Part shown: positions 1 to 11,689 of the stretch, in pieces
How the letters are laid out: each line of letters opens with the position of its first letter
Numbering within the stretch: position 1 is the stretch's first letter
NCBI GenBank assembly: GCA_030704615.1
Contig: CM060734.1
Span: 372,001 to 436,000 of the forward strand
Reading direction: 5' to 3'
Length of the DNA stretch: 64,000 nucleotides
Source: Takakia lepidozioides
Lineage: Eukaryota; Plantae; Bryophyta
Made by a program: the position numbers and the translations under genes
The notes under the pieces: model-generated
The model's database searches: none
What the model was told of the DNA's origin: nothing
The model's input: the letters and a program-made list of their open reading frames with translations, nothing else

Positions 1-34
1 GGCGTAACATTGTCTTGTGCCCCGAAAACCAAGC

Positions 35-702
35 TCACTGGTCCCCTGGATCCATGTTCAGAAGAGTGTACACCTCGTTGGGGCTCAATGATGGTGCATG
101 TATGTAGTAATGAGTGGTCGAATTACACCCTAGTCTCTTTAGGTACACGTAGTACAGATGTTTGCAAAGGCAATACGATGCCCCCTTCTTCGCCATGATC
201 TGGAAGTCGGTGCAATTGCAGGTGGGTAATTCTGAAATGGTGATGGTGTACACCTCGTTGCGGACAACTGGGCCCGCCGTGACCATCTGATAAACACGCC
301 CAAAACCTGGTGGGCCCGCACTTATGTTGAGCTCTGGATTGTACAGTTCATCCCAAGTGCATTCCCCATCCTTGTCTCATTCACTTTTGAGGAAGGTCGC
401 CGTCTCCTCAGTTTCCCCCAACGATGTGTAGGATGCGCAGAGTTGTCGCGTCGGTCTGCTCTTGCTCTCATAGGGGTCGGTGGTCGACGCTATGGAACCA
501 AAAATGGTTGTCTGGGGACGTCAGTTCGTTGCACCATCCGAAATCCTACTACAGTAAGGGCATCAACCTCAACCTTACTCAGATTGCATCCCGGTTCCAC
601 CGGCGGGTAGTTGCAGTCTACAGTGGACCAAAATGAGACACACCATGAGTCCCTAAAAGGACATAAAGGGGGATGTGGCGAATCCTCAACCATTGGATTC
701 AC
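35..702 (-). pseudogene. SWIM zinc-finger protein, disrupted, probably transposon-borne
   Basis: ORF 35..286 has YTITISELPTCNCTDF...CLCKHLYYV (CxCx(n)CxH SWIM signature). Upstream frames to about 700 are broken by stops and frameshifts. Confidence 0.7.
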
Positions 703-1237
703 TTCAATTTACAATCTCAACCATCTATTATTGACCATTAAAGACTTTATTTTCAAATCGCAATAGTTTCAGATCACGATAGTTTTTTTCAAATTTGACC
801 TTGATCCATTCCGGGGGTCTACCCTTGGTCTATGTATTTAATGAGGTAGTGTTGATATTTCAAAGAATTCTATATGTAAAGGAAAATAGTTATTTTGAAG
901 GCTCAAAATAGTACATAAAGTTTATTTTACTTAATATTTTTGAATGGATGTTTTCATTCTAGATTCTGTATCCCTCAAAGCACATTTGGTCAAGTCCATT
1001 TTTCTAATTTTCTATGAATCATGCTTTAAAAAAAATCCATAACGGCCTTTTATATGGACTATAACAAATCCTTATGGACTTGTTGAAAAGTCCATAATTT
1101 CTAACCATTTGTTTTTTTGGTTATGAGACTTGGAATAAGGGAAATATATGTAGTTGAGCCTTCATAGCTTAGTCCCTTTTTACTATCAGCCTTGCCATTT
1201 AGGAGTATGATAATTTACAACTAATCAAGGTCCCAAA

Positions 1238-1288
1238 AAAACAGTGTTGTGACAACATTTTTGGTCCACCGTAGGCTGCAACTGCCCC
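1238..1288. mobile_element. DNA transposon terminus related to the MITE at 38351-39097
   Basis: aaaacagtgttgtgacaacatttttggtccaccgtaggctgcaactgccc resembles the MITE right end aaaactgtgtcggtgatgctaattttggtccaccttaccctgcatctaccc. Confidence 0.55.
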
Positions 1289-1805
1289 GGCCACACCGGG
1301 GGAGCCTCTGGCATTGTTTGTATGCCGTACTTGGGCTTTCCATAGAGGGGCGTGCTAGATTGTGAGCAGCTCACGTGAGCAGAAAAAACTGTTGCAGGAT
1401 TCTGCTCATAGTTCTCGCCCTATTACCGCGGACCTGTACTTGCTGGAAGCCCTATTACCGTGGGCTTCAAGTATGGAAAAGGGAGCATTTTTTTGAAGAG
1501 TGAGTCTGTGGGTTAGCAGCAACATTGTGGAGTGGTTGATTGATGTTTGAGTGTGTTTTAAAAATGAGTTGGATGAAAGAAGTGGATGAACGATGGATGA
1601 ATGTGCGATAAAAAAAGATGGATGAGAAAGTGGATGAATGAAAACACATCTTCAAACATGCAAGGGAGGGAAACTGGTGCTTCATAAATGTATGTCTTAA
1701 AACAAATGAGTCAATCCAAAAAGGCACTTCCCTATCCGATTTTGAACCCAAAACTGATGCAGAACTGTCTATAAAGATACTAGCCCTGCTCTGCACAAAA
1801 CCGGC

Positions 1806-4800
1806 TTAAAATAAATTTAAATTGTGGAATGGCTTGAGGGGGGGAGCGCGTCGATGGGGAGGCAAATGATATATTAGTCTGTTGTGTCTCCGCACATGTT
1901 CAAGCACATGCAGGCAAAAGAGGGGTTTCAACCACATCCGTTCAATGGGTGCAATAGCCGTGCATGCATTGCAGGATTTCTTTTTCGCATTGAACAAAAA
2001 CCAGATGACAAGTGAACGCCTCATTGGACAATCGAATGATTTTGTATTACACTGGGACGTATCAGAGGGTACATTGAACACACTGGCCAAGTTTCAATTT
2101 TTGGCGGGGGAGTAGCCGTGGGATGCTGGAAGCCGCAGAACAAAATCGATACGTACCAAAAACCCCCACTGAAAGGCAGTGCAAACCTATTTATTGGCTT
2201 AAAATAAATTTAAATTGTGGACTAGCTTGAGGGGGGGAGCGCGTCGATGGGGAGGCAAATGATATATTAGTCTGTTGTGTCTCCGCACATGTGTCGCACA
2301 CATGTTCAAGCACATGCAGGCAAAAGAGGGGTTTCAACCACATCCGTTCAATGGGTGCAATAGCCGTGCATGCATTGCAGGATTTCTTTTTCGCATTGAA
2401 CAAAAACCAGATGACAAGTGAACGCCTCATTGGACAATCGAACGATTTTTGATTGATCTCGTATTACACTGGGACGTATCAGAGGGTACATTGAACACAC
2501 TGGCCAAGTTTCAATTTTTGGCCGGGGAGTAGCCGTGGGATGCTGGAAGCCGCAGAACAAAATCGATACGTGCCAAAAACCCCCACTGAAAGGCAGTGCA
2601 AACCTATTTATTGGCTTAAAATAAATTTAAATTGTGGAATGGCTTGAGGGGGGAGCGCGTCGATGGGGAGGCAAATGATATATTAGTCTGTTGTGTCTTC
2701 GCACATGTGTTGCACACATGTTCAAGCACATGCAGGCAAAAGAGGGGTTTCAACCACATCCGTTCAATGGGTGCAATAGTCGTGCATGCATTGCAGGATT
2801 TCTTTTTCGCATTGAACAAAAACCAGATGACAAGTGAACGCCTCATTGGACAATCAAACGATTTTTGATTGATCTCCTATTACACAGGGACGTATCAGAG
2901 GGTACATTGAACACTCTGGCCAAGTTTCAAAGTGAACGAAAATCATTTGGATGGGCAACCATCCGTTCACCCGTTGAATGTATTCTGTTGGAGTTGCTAT
3001 TGCTTTGGGACCTGCTGGACTGTGTTTCGCGTGCTCACGATTTTTTTTTCATTCTGTTTTTGAATGGGTCGTGTAATGTAGCCATATGCAACGTGCGTGC
3101 CAAATTTGGGAGCGATCAAAATTCATTTGGACCCAAAACGACAGTTTCTTCCCTGTTTTGCACTCCAAACTTGATTTGTGTTCTACTTCATGCACTCTTC
3201 ATATAGAGTTCAGCAATAGTGAGCGAAGAGAACATTTTTTTTTGGGGGCATTTTTTATTGGTCGAAATTTCGGTGGGGGAGTAGTCGTGGGATGCTGGAA
3301 GCCGCAGAACAAAATTGAGCCAAAAACAAAATCAATACGTACCAAAAACCCCCACTGAAAGGCAGTGCAAACCTATTTATTGGCTTAAAATAAATTTAAA
3401 TTCAATTAAATTGTGGAATGGCTTGAGGGGGGAGTGCGTCGATGGGGAGGCAAATGATATATTCGTCTGTTGTGTCTCCGCACATGTATCGCACACATGT
3501 TCAAGCTCATGCGGGCAAAAGAAGGGTTTCAACCACATCCGTTCAATGGGTGCAATAGCCGTGCACGCATTGCAAGATTTCTTTTTCGCATTGAACAAAA
3601 ACCAGATGACAAGTGAACGCCTCATTGGACAATCGAACGATTTTTTATTGATCTCGTATTACACTGAGACGTATCAGAGGGTACATTGAACACACTTGCC
3701 AAGTTTCAAAGCGAACGAAAATCATTTGGATGGGCAACCATCCGTTGGCCCATTGAACGAATTTCAATTGATCTCATATTACTCTGGGGCCTCTTACATG
3801 GCACATTGAACATAGTGGCCAAGTCTCAAAGCGAACCAAAATCATTTCGATGGACAGCCATCCGTTGAGTCATCGAATGAATTTCGATTGATCTGATATT
3901 AGTCCGGGACATGCGAGAGGGTGTCTGGAACGTGCTGGAAAAGTTTGGAAGCTAACAAAAATGATTTGGATGGGCAACCATCCGTTCACCCGTTGAATGT
4001 ATTATGTTGGAGCTGCTATTGCTTTTAGGACCTGTTGGACTGTGTTTTGCGTGCTCACGATTTTTTTTTTATTCCGTTTTTGAATGGGGCGTGTAATGTA
4101 GCCATATGCAACGTGCGCGCCAAATTTGGGAGCGATCAAAATTCATTTGGACCCAAAACGACAATTTCTTCTCTGTTTTTGTACTCCAAACTTGATTTGT
4201 GTTCTACTTCATGTACTCTTTATAGAGAGTTCTGCAATAGTGAGCGAAGAGAACACTTTTTTTTGGGGGCATTTTGGATTGGTCGAAATTTTGGCGGGGG
4301 AGTAGCCGTGGTATGCTGGAAGCCGCAGAACAAAATTGAGCCAAAAACAAAATCGATACGTGCCAAAAAACCCCACTGAAAGGCAGTGCAAACCTATTTA
4401 TTGGCTTAAAATAAAATAAAATTCAATTAAATTGTGGAATGGCTTGAGGGAGGAGCGCGTCGATGGGGAGGGAAATGATATATTAGTCTGTTGTGTCTCC
4501 GCACATGTGTTGCACACATGTTCAAGCACATGCGGGCAAAAGAGGGGCTTCAACCACATCCGTTCAATGGGTGCAATAGCCGTGCACGCATTGCAAGATT
4601 TCTTTTTCACATTGAACAAAAACCAAATGACAAGTGAACGCCTCATTGGACAATCGAACGATTTTCAATTGATCTCGTATTACACTGGGACGTATCAGAG
4701 GGTACATTGAACACACTGGCCAAGTTTCAAAGCGAACGAAAATCATTTGGATAGGCAACCATCCGTTGGCCCATTGAACGAATTTCGATTGATCTCATAT

Positions 4801-5050
4801 TACTCTGGGGCCTCTTACATGGCACATTGAGCATAGTGGCCAAGTCTCAAAAGCGAAACAAAATCATTTGGATGGCCAACCATCCGTTGAGCCATCGCAT
4901 GAATTTCGATTGATTTGATATTAGTCCGGGACCTGATACATGGTATGTTGAACATAATGGCAAAGATTGAAAGCAAACGAAAATCATTTGGATGGGCAAC
5001 CATTCAATCGCCCATTGAATGAATGGGGTTTCGTCTTCGATTATATTGGG
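1806..5050 (+). repeat. Hierarchical tandem array: five 0.4-1.0 kb units containing about 120-bp sub-repeats with a GGATGG-GCAA-CCATCC hairpin
   Basis: The unit start ttaaaataaat...aaattgtggaatggcttgaggg recurs near 1806, 2199, 2616, 3385 and 4406. The sub-repeat aaaatcatttggatgggcaaccatccgtt recurs from about 2940 to 5000. The repeated short ORFs in the track reflect this array. Confidence 0.92.
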
Positions 5051-6622
5051 ACCTGTTATATGGTATGCCCTTTGAAGCTCTTTTTGTAGTGTCTCCTGCC
5101 TCGTAATGCGGTGCTTCTCCATGTCCACTTTATCCAATATGTTAATATTCTCCACCTGGAACAGATCCACATATGTGTGCAGAAATCCTTAAAAAACAAA
5201 TGACCATCTCAACTTTTATAAGCCTCATCCCCAGCTTCCAGTTTTGATGGTCATTTGGTTTTTTAAGTTCGAATGTGTGGATATGTTCCAGATGGAAGAT
5301 ATTAACATTGGAAAAATAAGAGTTGGAGAAGCACCTCATTACGAAGCAAGAGACATTACAGAAGACCTCAGCATGTTGAACATCTGGATGAAGAACCTTG
5401 CCCATCGTCGCTTCAAAGTTCTAGCGCTTCTGAAATGATCACATGTTTGTTGGTGGAAGCAGATCTCGTAGGCCACATTGATCTCGTACCCATCGAAGAC
5501 TCCCGTAGGCCATATGGAACGGTTCGTGTGATACATTTTCACAAATGCGATGTGATACATTTGTGAAATGGTATCACATCAACCGTTAATGTGGCCAATG
5601 CACGTCTTCCGCACCATGGCGAAAATGTTCGTCACTTTAAAGCACAAACACAACTCATTTTGCTACTCCCATGCCAACAACATCAGGTCCACTGCGATTG
5701 CCATATTCCGAATTCCGTATCAGCCACCACGGACATGAAACCAGGAACTTCGCACAAAATCTCCAATTCATTCAATTTATGGTGGGCCATGGCTGCAGCC
5801 TTCAAGCTGGCCGTGGTGGCTGATAAGTCCGTTTGAACATGACAGTCTCAGAGGACGTTGGCATGGGAATAGAAAAAAGAGTACTACAGAATTCAGCTAG
5901 AGGAACAACAATAGCATGAAACACCTTACCGTAAATATGATTGTTGACATTGGCTGTGACAGCTCCAATCAATAGAGAACTCGCACCATCAGTTGCGTTC
6001 CAACAGCAGTACCGGTCCCTCGAGTAAATAAAATTTTGTTGTAAATAATAAATTGCATACGCTCGAACCTCACAAATGTCATTTCAACAAAACCGGCCGT
6101 GTATTGTGGCACTGTTTGTAACTGCGAATGTTTCAATGTTTCTGACAGGGTACTGAGAAAATGATATATTGGATCCATAGGAGTTGGACAACAAACGTTC
6201 CATATCTCATTCAACTATGCGATACCACCATGAGTGGCATGGATAAAAAAGTAATAGCTGTACATGCGACCTCCGCATGTTTAAGTAGAGACATAGTATC
6301 AAACGTTCGGAGTCGCATGTGCACCTATTACTTTCCGATCCATGCCTCTCATGGTAGTGTCGCATAGTTGAATGAGAGGAGACGTTTGATGTCTAACTTC
6401 TACGGAACTAATACATCGTTTTCTTATAACCCTAACCGAAACCTTGGAACATTACAAATATAAACAGTGAGCCAGTACACAAACCATTTATGTTGCGATG
6501 ACAGGTGCCAGGGTCGAGCATATGCAATGTAATATTTACAATGGGACTTTATTTAAATTGAGTTATGTCTTCATAAAAGAACCATTGTACCGCCAGAAAT
6601 GTCATATCTACGAGACTATGGT

Positions 6623-8009
6623 CTACTCCGTCCTATATACGTCTTTCGGCTCAGGCCAATTGAATGGCTTGCCCATGAACCGAAGTACTACATGGGCTAA
6701 TGTGATTCTCTCATTCTTGTTGTTGTCGTACAACCTTTGTAGCATTGAATGCCAACAACCTTCCGTAAATTGGTCCTAGAACATACTTTGATCATAATGA
6801 ACATCGCCATTTATTCGTACCGCTATCTTCCCAGCGGCAAAGGCCTCCGACGTCATGTCCTGGGGGGAGGGGGTGACATTCGCATTGAAAACCGATGCAA
6901 TATCTTTTTCCACCCACCATCTTTTTGCGAGTTCCCGGTCCAGCTTGTCTTGGTTTTCAAACTGGTACGACGAGGCTTTGCGTATGCCCAATGGGGTGGC
7001 TAAGCCCCAATCACACACCCCAATCTTGATCTCATCGGTGCCATCTGGAAAATGCAACAAGATGTTGTCGGGGGACAAGTCGTTGTGCATGACACCGTTC
7101 TTGTGGACAACATCCATGATGCACACCAGGGCCCATGCAAGTTTACTGCGCACTTTCCGGAAACGAAGCAAGCGATCGCATTCCTGGAACTCTGTTTCCG
7201 TTCCCCTTTGTTCCAAAATCACTCCGTTGTCCGAATCGTTGCCCCATTTTCTGTCAAGGTTCATCATGTCACGTATTGTCCCCCCATTCCACCAGCGAGT
7301 GTAACCCTCTATCTCACGTGCATTCACAGCAAAATACGAGATAACACCCGGATGCTGGAATTTCACTGCCAAACACTCATTGTTATGTTGTCTCAACGCA
7401 TTTTCTGGATTTTTGGACTTGGGTTTTTTTCCCGCTAGCTCCCAACGCTCCGGTATTCTAGAATCGCCAACAATCCTATAGTGACGGACCTTAGCATACC
7501 CTCCTTCTTTGTAAGGGCCAATCTCTACCACCTTGGCACTAGAGTTCAGGTAATAAAGACCAGTTGTGCCTCCCCGCCTGATGACCCCGCCTTCCAAGGC
7601 ACAACCCTAGTCCGGCGACGTGAATTCTGACTTGCCGAGCAAGCCCAATACTCACCACGCCGCATTAACTCGGCTTCGGCGGAGGGCACTCGACCCTCGG
7701 TTGTTCTACCCTTCCATGTCTTCATTAGCTGCCTCAAATTCCACGTGGCGTCTTTCGCCCTGCTTTGGATCCACACTTCGGCTTATCCCTGTCCGCCGTC
7801 CACTTAGCCCCCGCCAAAGCGTTTGTCATTTTCCTCTCCATATTTTGCTGGAAATGAAACCCATCCCATCCATGCCTAACATAAGCACTCTCCAGCCTCA
7901 TTATGTCCCTACCCTTGAAATAATCCGCTACCACTTCTTTCACCCTATCCAAGGCATCCGGTCCCCGGGTAGTCTGGCTTGTTGACCTGGCTATCCCGCT
8001 CGTGGGCAC
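6623..8009 (-). pseudogene. Intronless protein kinase, frameshifted
   Basis: ORF 6776..7597 has a Gly-loop (EGGYAKV), Lys (LAGKK), alphaC Glu (NNECL), catalytic loop HNDLSPDN and DWG. The C-lobe continues in another frame (..LQRLYDNNKNERITLAHVV..) to a stop at about 6623. N-terminal pieces extend to about 8009. Confidence 0.8.
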
Positions 8010-8690
8010 GTTTTCTCTTCCTCCGCCCCCCAGACGATCCCGCCCTAGAACTTGAATTCACAACCCCCGACATTGTATAAACATTTGCCCACTACAGGGT
8101 CCAAAACCTCAGAAAAATGGCAATGAACGCGTGTGGATGGTGTCTTCGTAGTTTTTTGCAAAAAAACAGGCCGCCGGAGATCCGGAAACGACAAAATGGT
8201 GATACGATGATTGTACCGTGAACAAGTGTGTGGGACTGACCAATAGAAAACCGACAAAACCTTCCCCCCCCCCCAAAATAATCACTTTTGCTCCTCCTGT
8301 TAGCAGTGCCAAGCAATGAAGTCCGAAAGGACTACAGGATGCCAAGGAACCACACCACAAAAGGGGCAAAAGTGATCAGAAAAGGAGGGGGGAATGGTTT
8401 ATATAGGCGCCCACCCCGTCCCCCCAAAAAAATGGCATTATGCTTGAAAAGGCGCGACTGACCAGTCGCACCTCGCCACGCGCACCTACATGGGAGAGGT
8501 CAAGGGTTCAAAACCACCTCCCCCCATCCCATTTGTTTCGTTTTTCCTGACCCGTGGCACCTCACCACGTGGCTGGCCGAGGCGCCGCTTCATGATTAAA
8601 AATAAAAAAACAAAATGTCACACGGCGGATCCCTGGATTTCTAAGAAAAAAAAAAACACGCGACCGCTTATTTTAAAATATAATAAAATA

Positions 8691-9215
8691 CAGGCGACCG
8701 CCAATATGGGCAGTCGCTTCATTTAAAAATAAATAAATTACGGGCGACCGCCAATTTGGATGGTCGCTTCATTTAAAAATAAACAAATTACGGGCGACCG
8801 CCAATATGGGCGGTCGCTTCATTTAAAAATAAATAAATAATGGGCGACCGCCAATATGGGTGGTCGCTTCATTTAAAAATAAATAAATTACGGGCGACCG
8901 CCAATTTCGGCGGTCGCTTCATTTAAAAATAAATAAATTACGAGCGACCACCAATTTCGGCGGTCGTTTCATTTTTATAAAAAAATTTACGGGCGACCGC
9001 CAATATGGGCGGTCGCTTCATTTATAAATAAATAAATTACCGGTGACCGCCAATATGGGCGGTCACTTCATTTAAAAACAAACAAATTACCGTCGACCGC
9101 CAATACTGGCGGTCGCTTAATTTAACAAAATATTAAATTACAAGCGACCGCCAATATGGGCGGTCGCTTTTATTAAAAATAATAAATTATATGCGACCGC
9201 CAATATAAGCGGACT
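8691..9215. repeat. Tandem array of 11 x 50-bp units, each a GC hairpin (gcgaccgcc-aatatg-ggcggtcgc) plus an AT-rich linker
   Basis: Units start at 8691, 8741, 8791, 8841, 8891, 8941, 8990, 9040, 9090, 9141 and 9190. Confidence 0.95.
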
Positions 9216-9354
9216 CATTTTTTTAAAAGAATTAATAAATATTAATAATTGGCCACGTCTGTTTTACACCGTGGCTGCCATGTCATTACAAAGGGTAGAA
9301 GTAAATCGTAAAAGTCAAATGTAAAAAAAATTATGTGGATAAACGTCCGGATTC

Positions 9355-9410
9355 GACGTGACGTGACGGCCGACGTGTCAACGCCACGTCACGTCAGGAA
9401 TGATAACTAG
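9355..9410 (+). mobile_element. Candidate Helitron-like 3' terminus (hairpin plus CTAG)
   Basis: Stem gacgtgacgtg (9355-9365) / cacgtcacgtc (9385-9395), with CTAG at 9407-9410, 11 nt downstream. A truncated gag begins right after. The expected T after CTAG is absent. Confidence 0.35.
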
Positions 9411-9414
9411 GGCT

Positions 9415-10135
9415 ACACCGGCAGCTTCTGCAAGCAGCAGTGGGACGTCAAGTGGAACATGAGCTGGGAAGTCCACCCAAGCTCCTGCTGCAACACCAAC
9501 ACCCGTGCCTGCCTTTAACCCAGTTGTGGAGTTCTTCGAGGAATTAAGGAGAAACTACTAAGGGATAAAGACGGAGAAATTGCGGAGTTTGCAAGAGTTC
9601 CAACGAAAGACTGCTGAGAGTTTAAGGGAGGCTTACACGCGCATGAGACAATTGATAAATGTAAGCCAAGGGGTTACAGAAGCTCAAGCAGTCTAATTCC
9701 GGTATGGGATATTGGACAAGGAGTTGAGGAGAAGGGTGCGGGATGCAACTCTCCTACAAGTGGCCCAACCCACCTTAGCAAACGTGTTGGGGTTTGGTAA
9801 GGAGACACAACGAAGTGGGGCTCCTAGCCAACAACAACCACTACCCCAACGTATTCAAGGCAACAAAGGGGCTCAGGCGAAGCCCAGGGAAGGACAGAGA
9901 GGATGTCAATTGCAGAGGTCACTTCCTTCATTCTCATGCCAACAACAGTCGGGGGTGACATGTTGGGATTGTGGAGGACCCCATGTTAAGAGAGATTGTC
10001 CGGAGAGAGGCAAAGGGCCGGCACAGGCACAGCCTACACAACCACAGTGTAGGCATTGTGGCAAGTATGGGCATGAAGAGACCCATTGTTATGACTTTCA
10101 TCCTGAGCTACGGCCAGGCCAGTCAAGATTCCTGA
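9415..10135 (+). pseudogene. Gypsy gag fragment of the same family as the DNMT-bearing element
   Basis: Retrotransposon-gag-like FFEELRRNY*GIKTEKLRSLQEFQRK..ESLREAYTRMR with stops, plus knuckles CWDCGGPHVKRDC and CRHCGKYGHEETHC. The segment CYDFHPELRPGQ matches CGHCGKYGHEEAHCYDLHPELRPGQ at about 51200-51280 (-). Confidence 0.8.
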
Positions 10136-11403
10136 GAAGCCACAGAAGGTCAGGAAATAGTACGGCCAATGGGGGGAAGATGATTCTGATACTATTGGTT
10201 CTGTGGAGGAAACTTTTGACATGGCTGAGGATTATGCGATACAAAAGGCAGAGAAGAAACGACGGGGATCTCCTATGCCTAAAAAGTTACCTCCTTATCA
10301 GCCAAAGGCAGGGCTGTTAGCTCCATCTAGTCGACAGCCATCCCCACCAGCCACAGACATGGCTCGGACTCACACATAGAGCCCTCCAAGGCACTCTCAC
10401 CAACACAAGGGGGTTTGTTCACAGAGGTTTGTTGATCCTAAGAAGTAAACCGTGAGGACACGGCTTTTTGAGATGGGGAGGGATAATGTTAGAGGGCTGT
10501 CTGGGACTTAGACAGTTTTACGGGTTCTGTGGGGTACCCTTAATTTTGCGCAGACCTACGGTGGTAGACTCAGACCTATACAGACCTTAGGGGTGGTAGA
10601 CAGGCTTACACAGTCAGTCACAGCCTTACACAGTTAATAGCTTGACACAGCCTGTCACAGCCTATCACAGTCTATCACAGCTCGACACAGCCAGTCACAA
10701 TCTGACACAGCCAGTCACAGCTCGGCACAGTCACTGCTCGACACAGCTTGGCACAGCCCGTCACAACGTTCACAGAGAACGGTTATCATTGGCAGGGAAC
10801 GATTGTGTGGGAACGACATCTGCAGAGGGAACGTGCATTCTGTCTTGGATGACAATTAGTTAGTTAGGCGGTTAGAACAGCTTGCAGGTAGAATAGGCAG
10901 AGTAGCGACATGGAGGGGGCCACTTCTGAGATCGCTTCTTGGACATCACTTGAGGAGATCAAGCGGAGAGCACGATCTTAGAGCACATGGATGGAGATTA
11001 CACGGAGGAGGAGATACGACGAGATGATGCTTAGCTGTAGAGATGCATTGTAGAGCAGATTAGAGACACCATGGCTTCGGCCTGATACATGATAGATATT
11101 AATATGATTCCTATTTCATAATCACACCGTGTAGAGAGATATGAGTGAAGCTGTGGAATGAATGCTTGAGTAGATGGAACATGGTAGATTGCAGAAGCAA
11201 TTTGATACTTAATCATAGACAGTAAGGTAACTTGCTAACATGAATACGAGAAGGAATACAAATAGGAAGCACCCCCATGATACACTAGTTGCAGGTCATG
11301 ACTGATTGTTCTGAGCGGGCTGAGTACTTAGAGATTTCCAACTCTTCTATCTTGGAGTTTCCACCTCGGATAGCTAAGGGATGTGAGTAAAAGCCGCTCG
11401 ACA
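10136..11403 (+). mobile_element. 3' internal end, PPT and a 917-bp LTR (10487-11403) of an LTR retrotransposon
   Basis: PPT gagatggggaggga precedes TGTTAGAG at 10487, and the LTR ends CTCGACA at 11403. The segment is homologous along its length to 35528-36790 (-). It contains cacagcc micro-repeats at about 10610-10765. Confidence 0.85.
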
Positions 11404-11416
11404 CGGCCTTCTTCTT

Positions 11417-11428
11417 TGGTATCAGAGC
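11417..11428 (+). promoter_or_regulatory. tRNA-iMet primer binding site
   Basis: TGGTATCAGAGC is the canonical plant PBS-Met. It lies 13 nt after the LTR end and precedes a gag. Confidence 0.75.
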
Positions 11429-11689
11429 TGATGTCGTTCTCTTGGTTGTGGTTTAAGCTTGTTGCTATGATCTGCTGTTTGCATTCATGATTCTTCCTTA
11501 TATGGCCAGTAGGGATCATACCTTAATACCCAATGATCCGAGCATTGGGGACATACTGACATGCTTCAGTCAGCGTACTGGTAGTGTGAATACTGTGCCT
11601 AGGCTCGATTTCCTTAACCCTGCTTGGGGATTGAGGGATGGTGACCTATGCCTTGTGAGTTATACATGCGGGAAGTCGCAACACCATGG

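Noticed and set aside
1420-1432. SSU rRNA fragment (TATTACCGCGG)
   Set aside because: Only about 11 nt match, and the flanks are not rRNA-like.
1806-4760. Repeated small ORFs (MRRSLVIWFLF...) as a peptide gene cluster
   Set aside because: They are by-products of the tandem array, with inconsistent frames and ends between copies.
8691-9215. CRISPR-like array
   Set aside because: The linkers are near-identical AT tracts, not unique spacers. There are no cas genes, and the context is eukaryotic.
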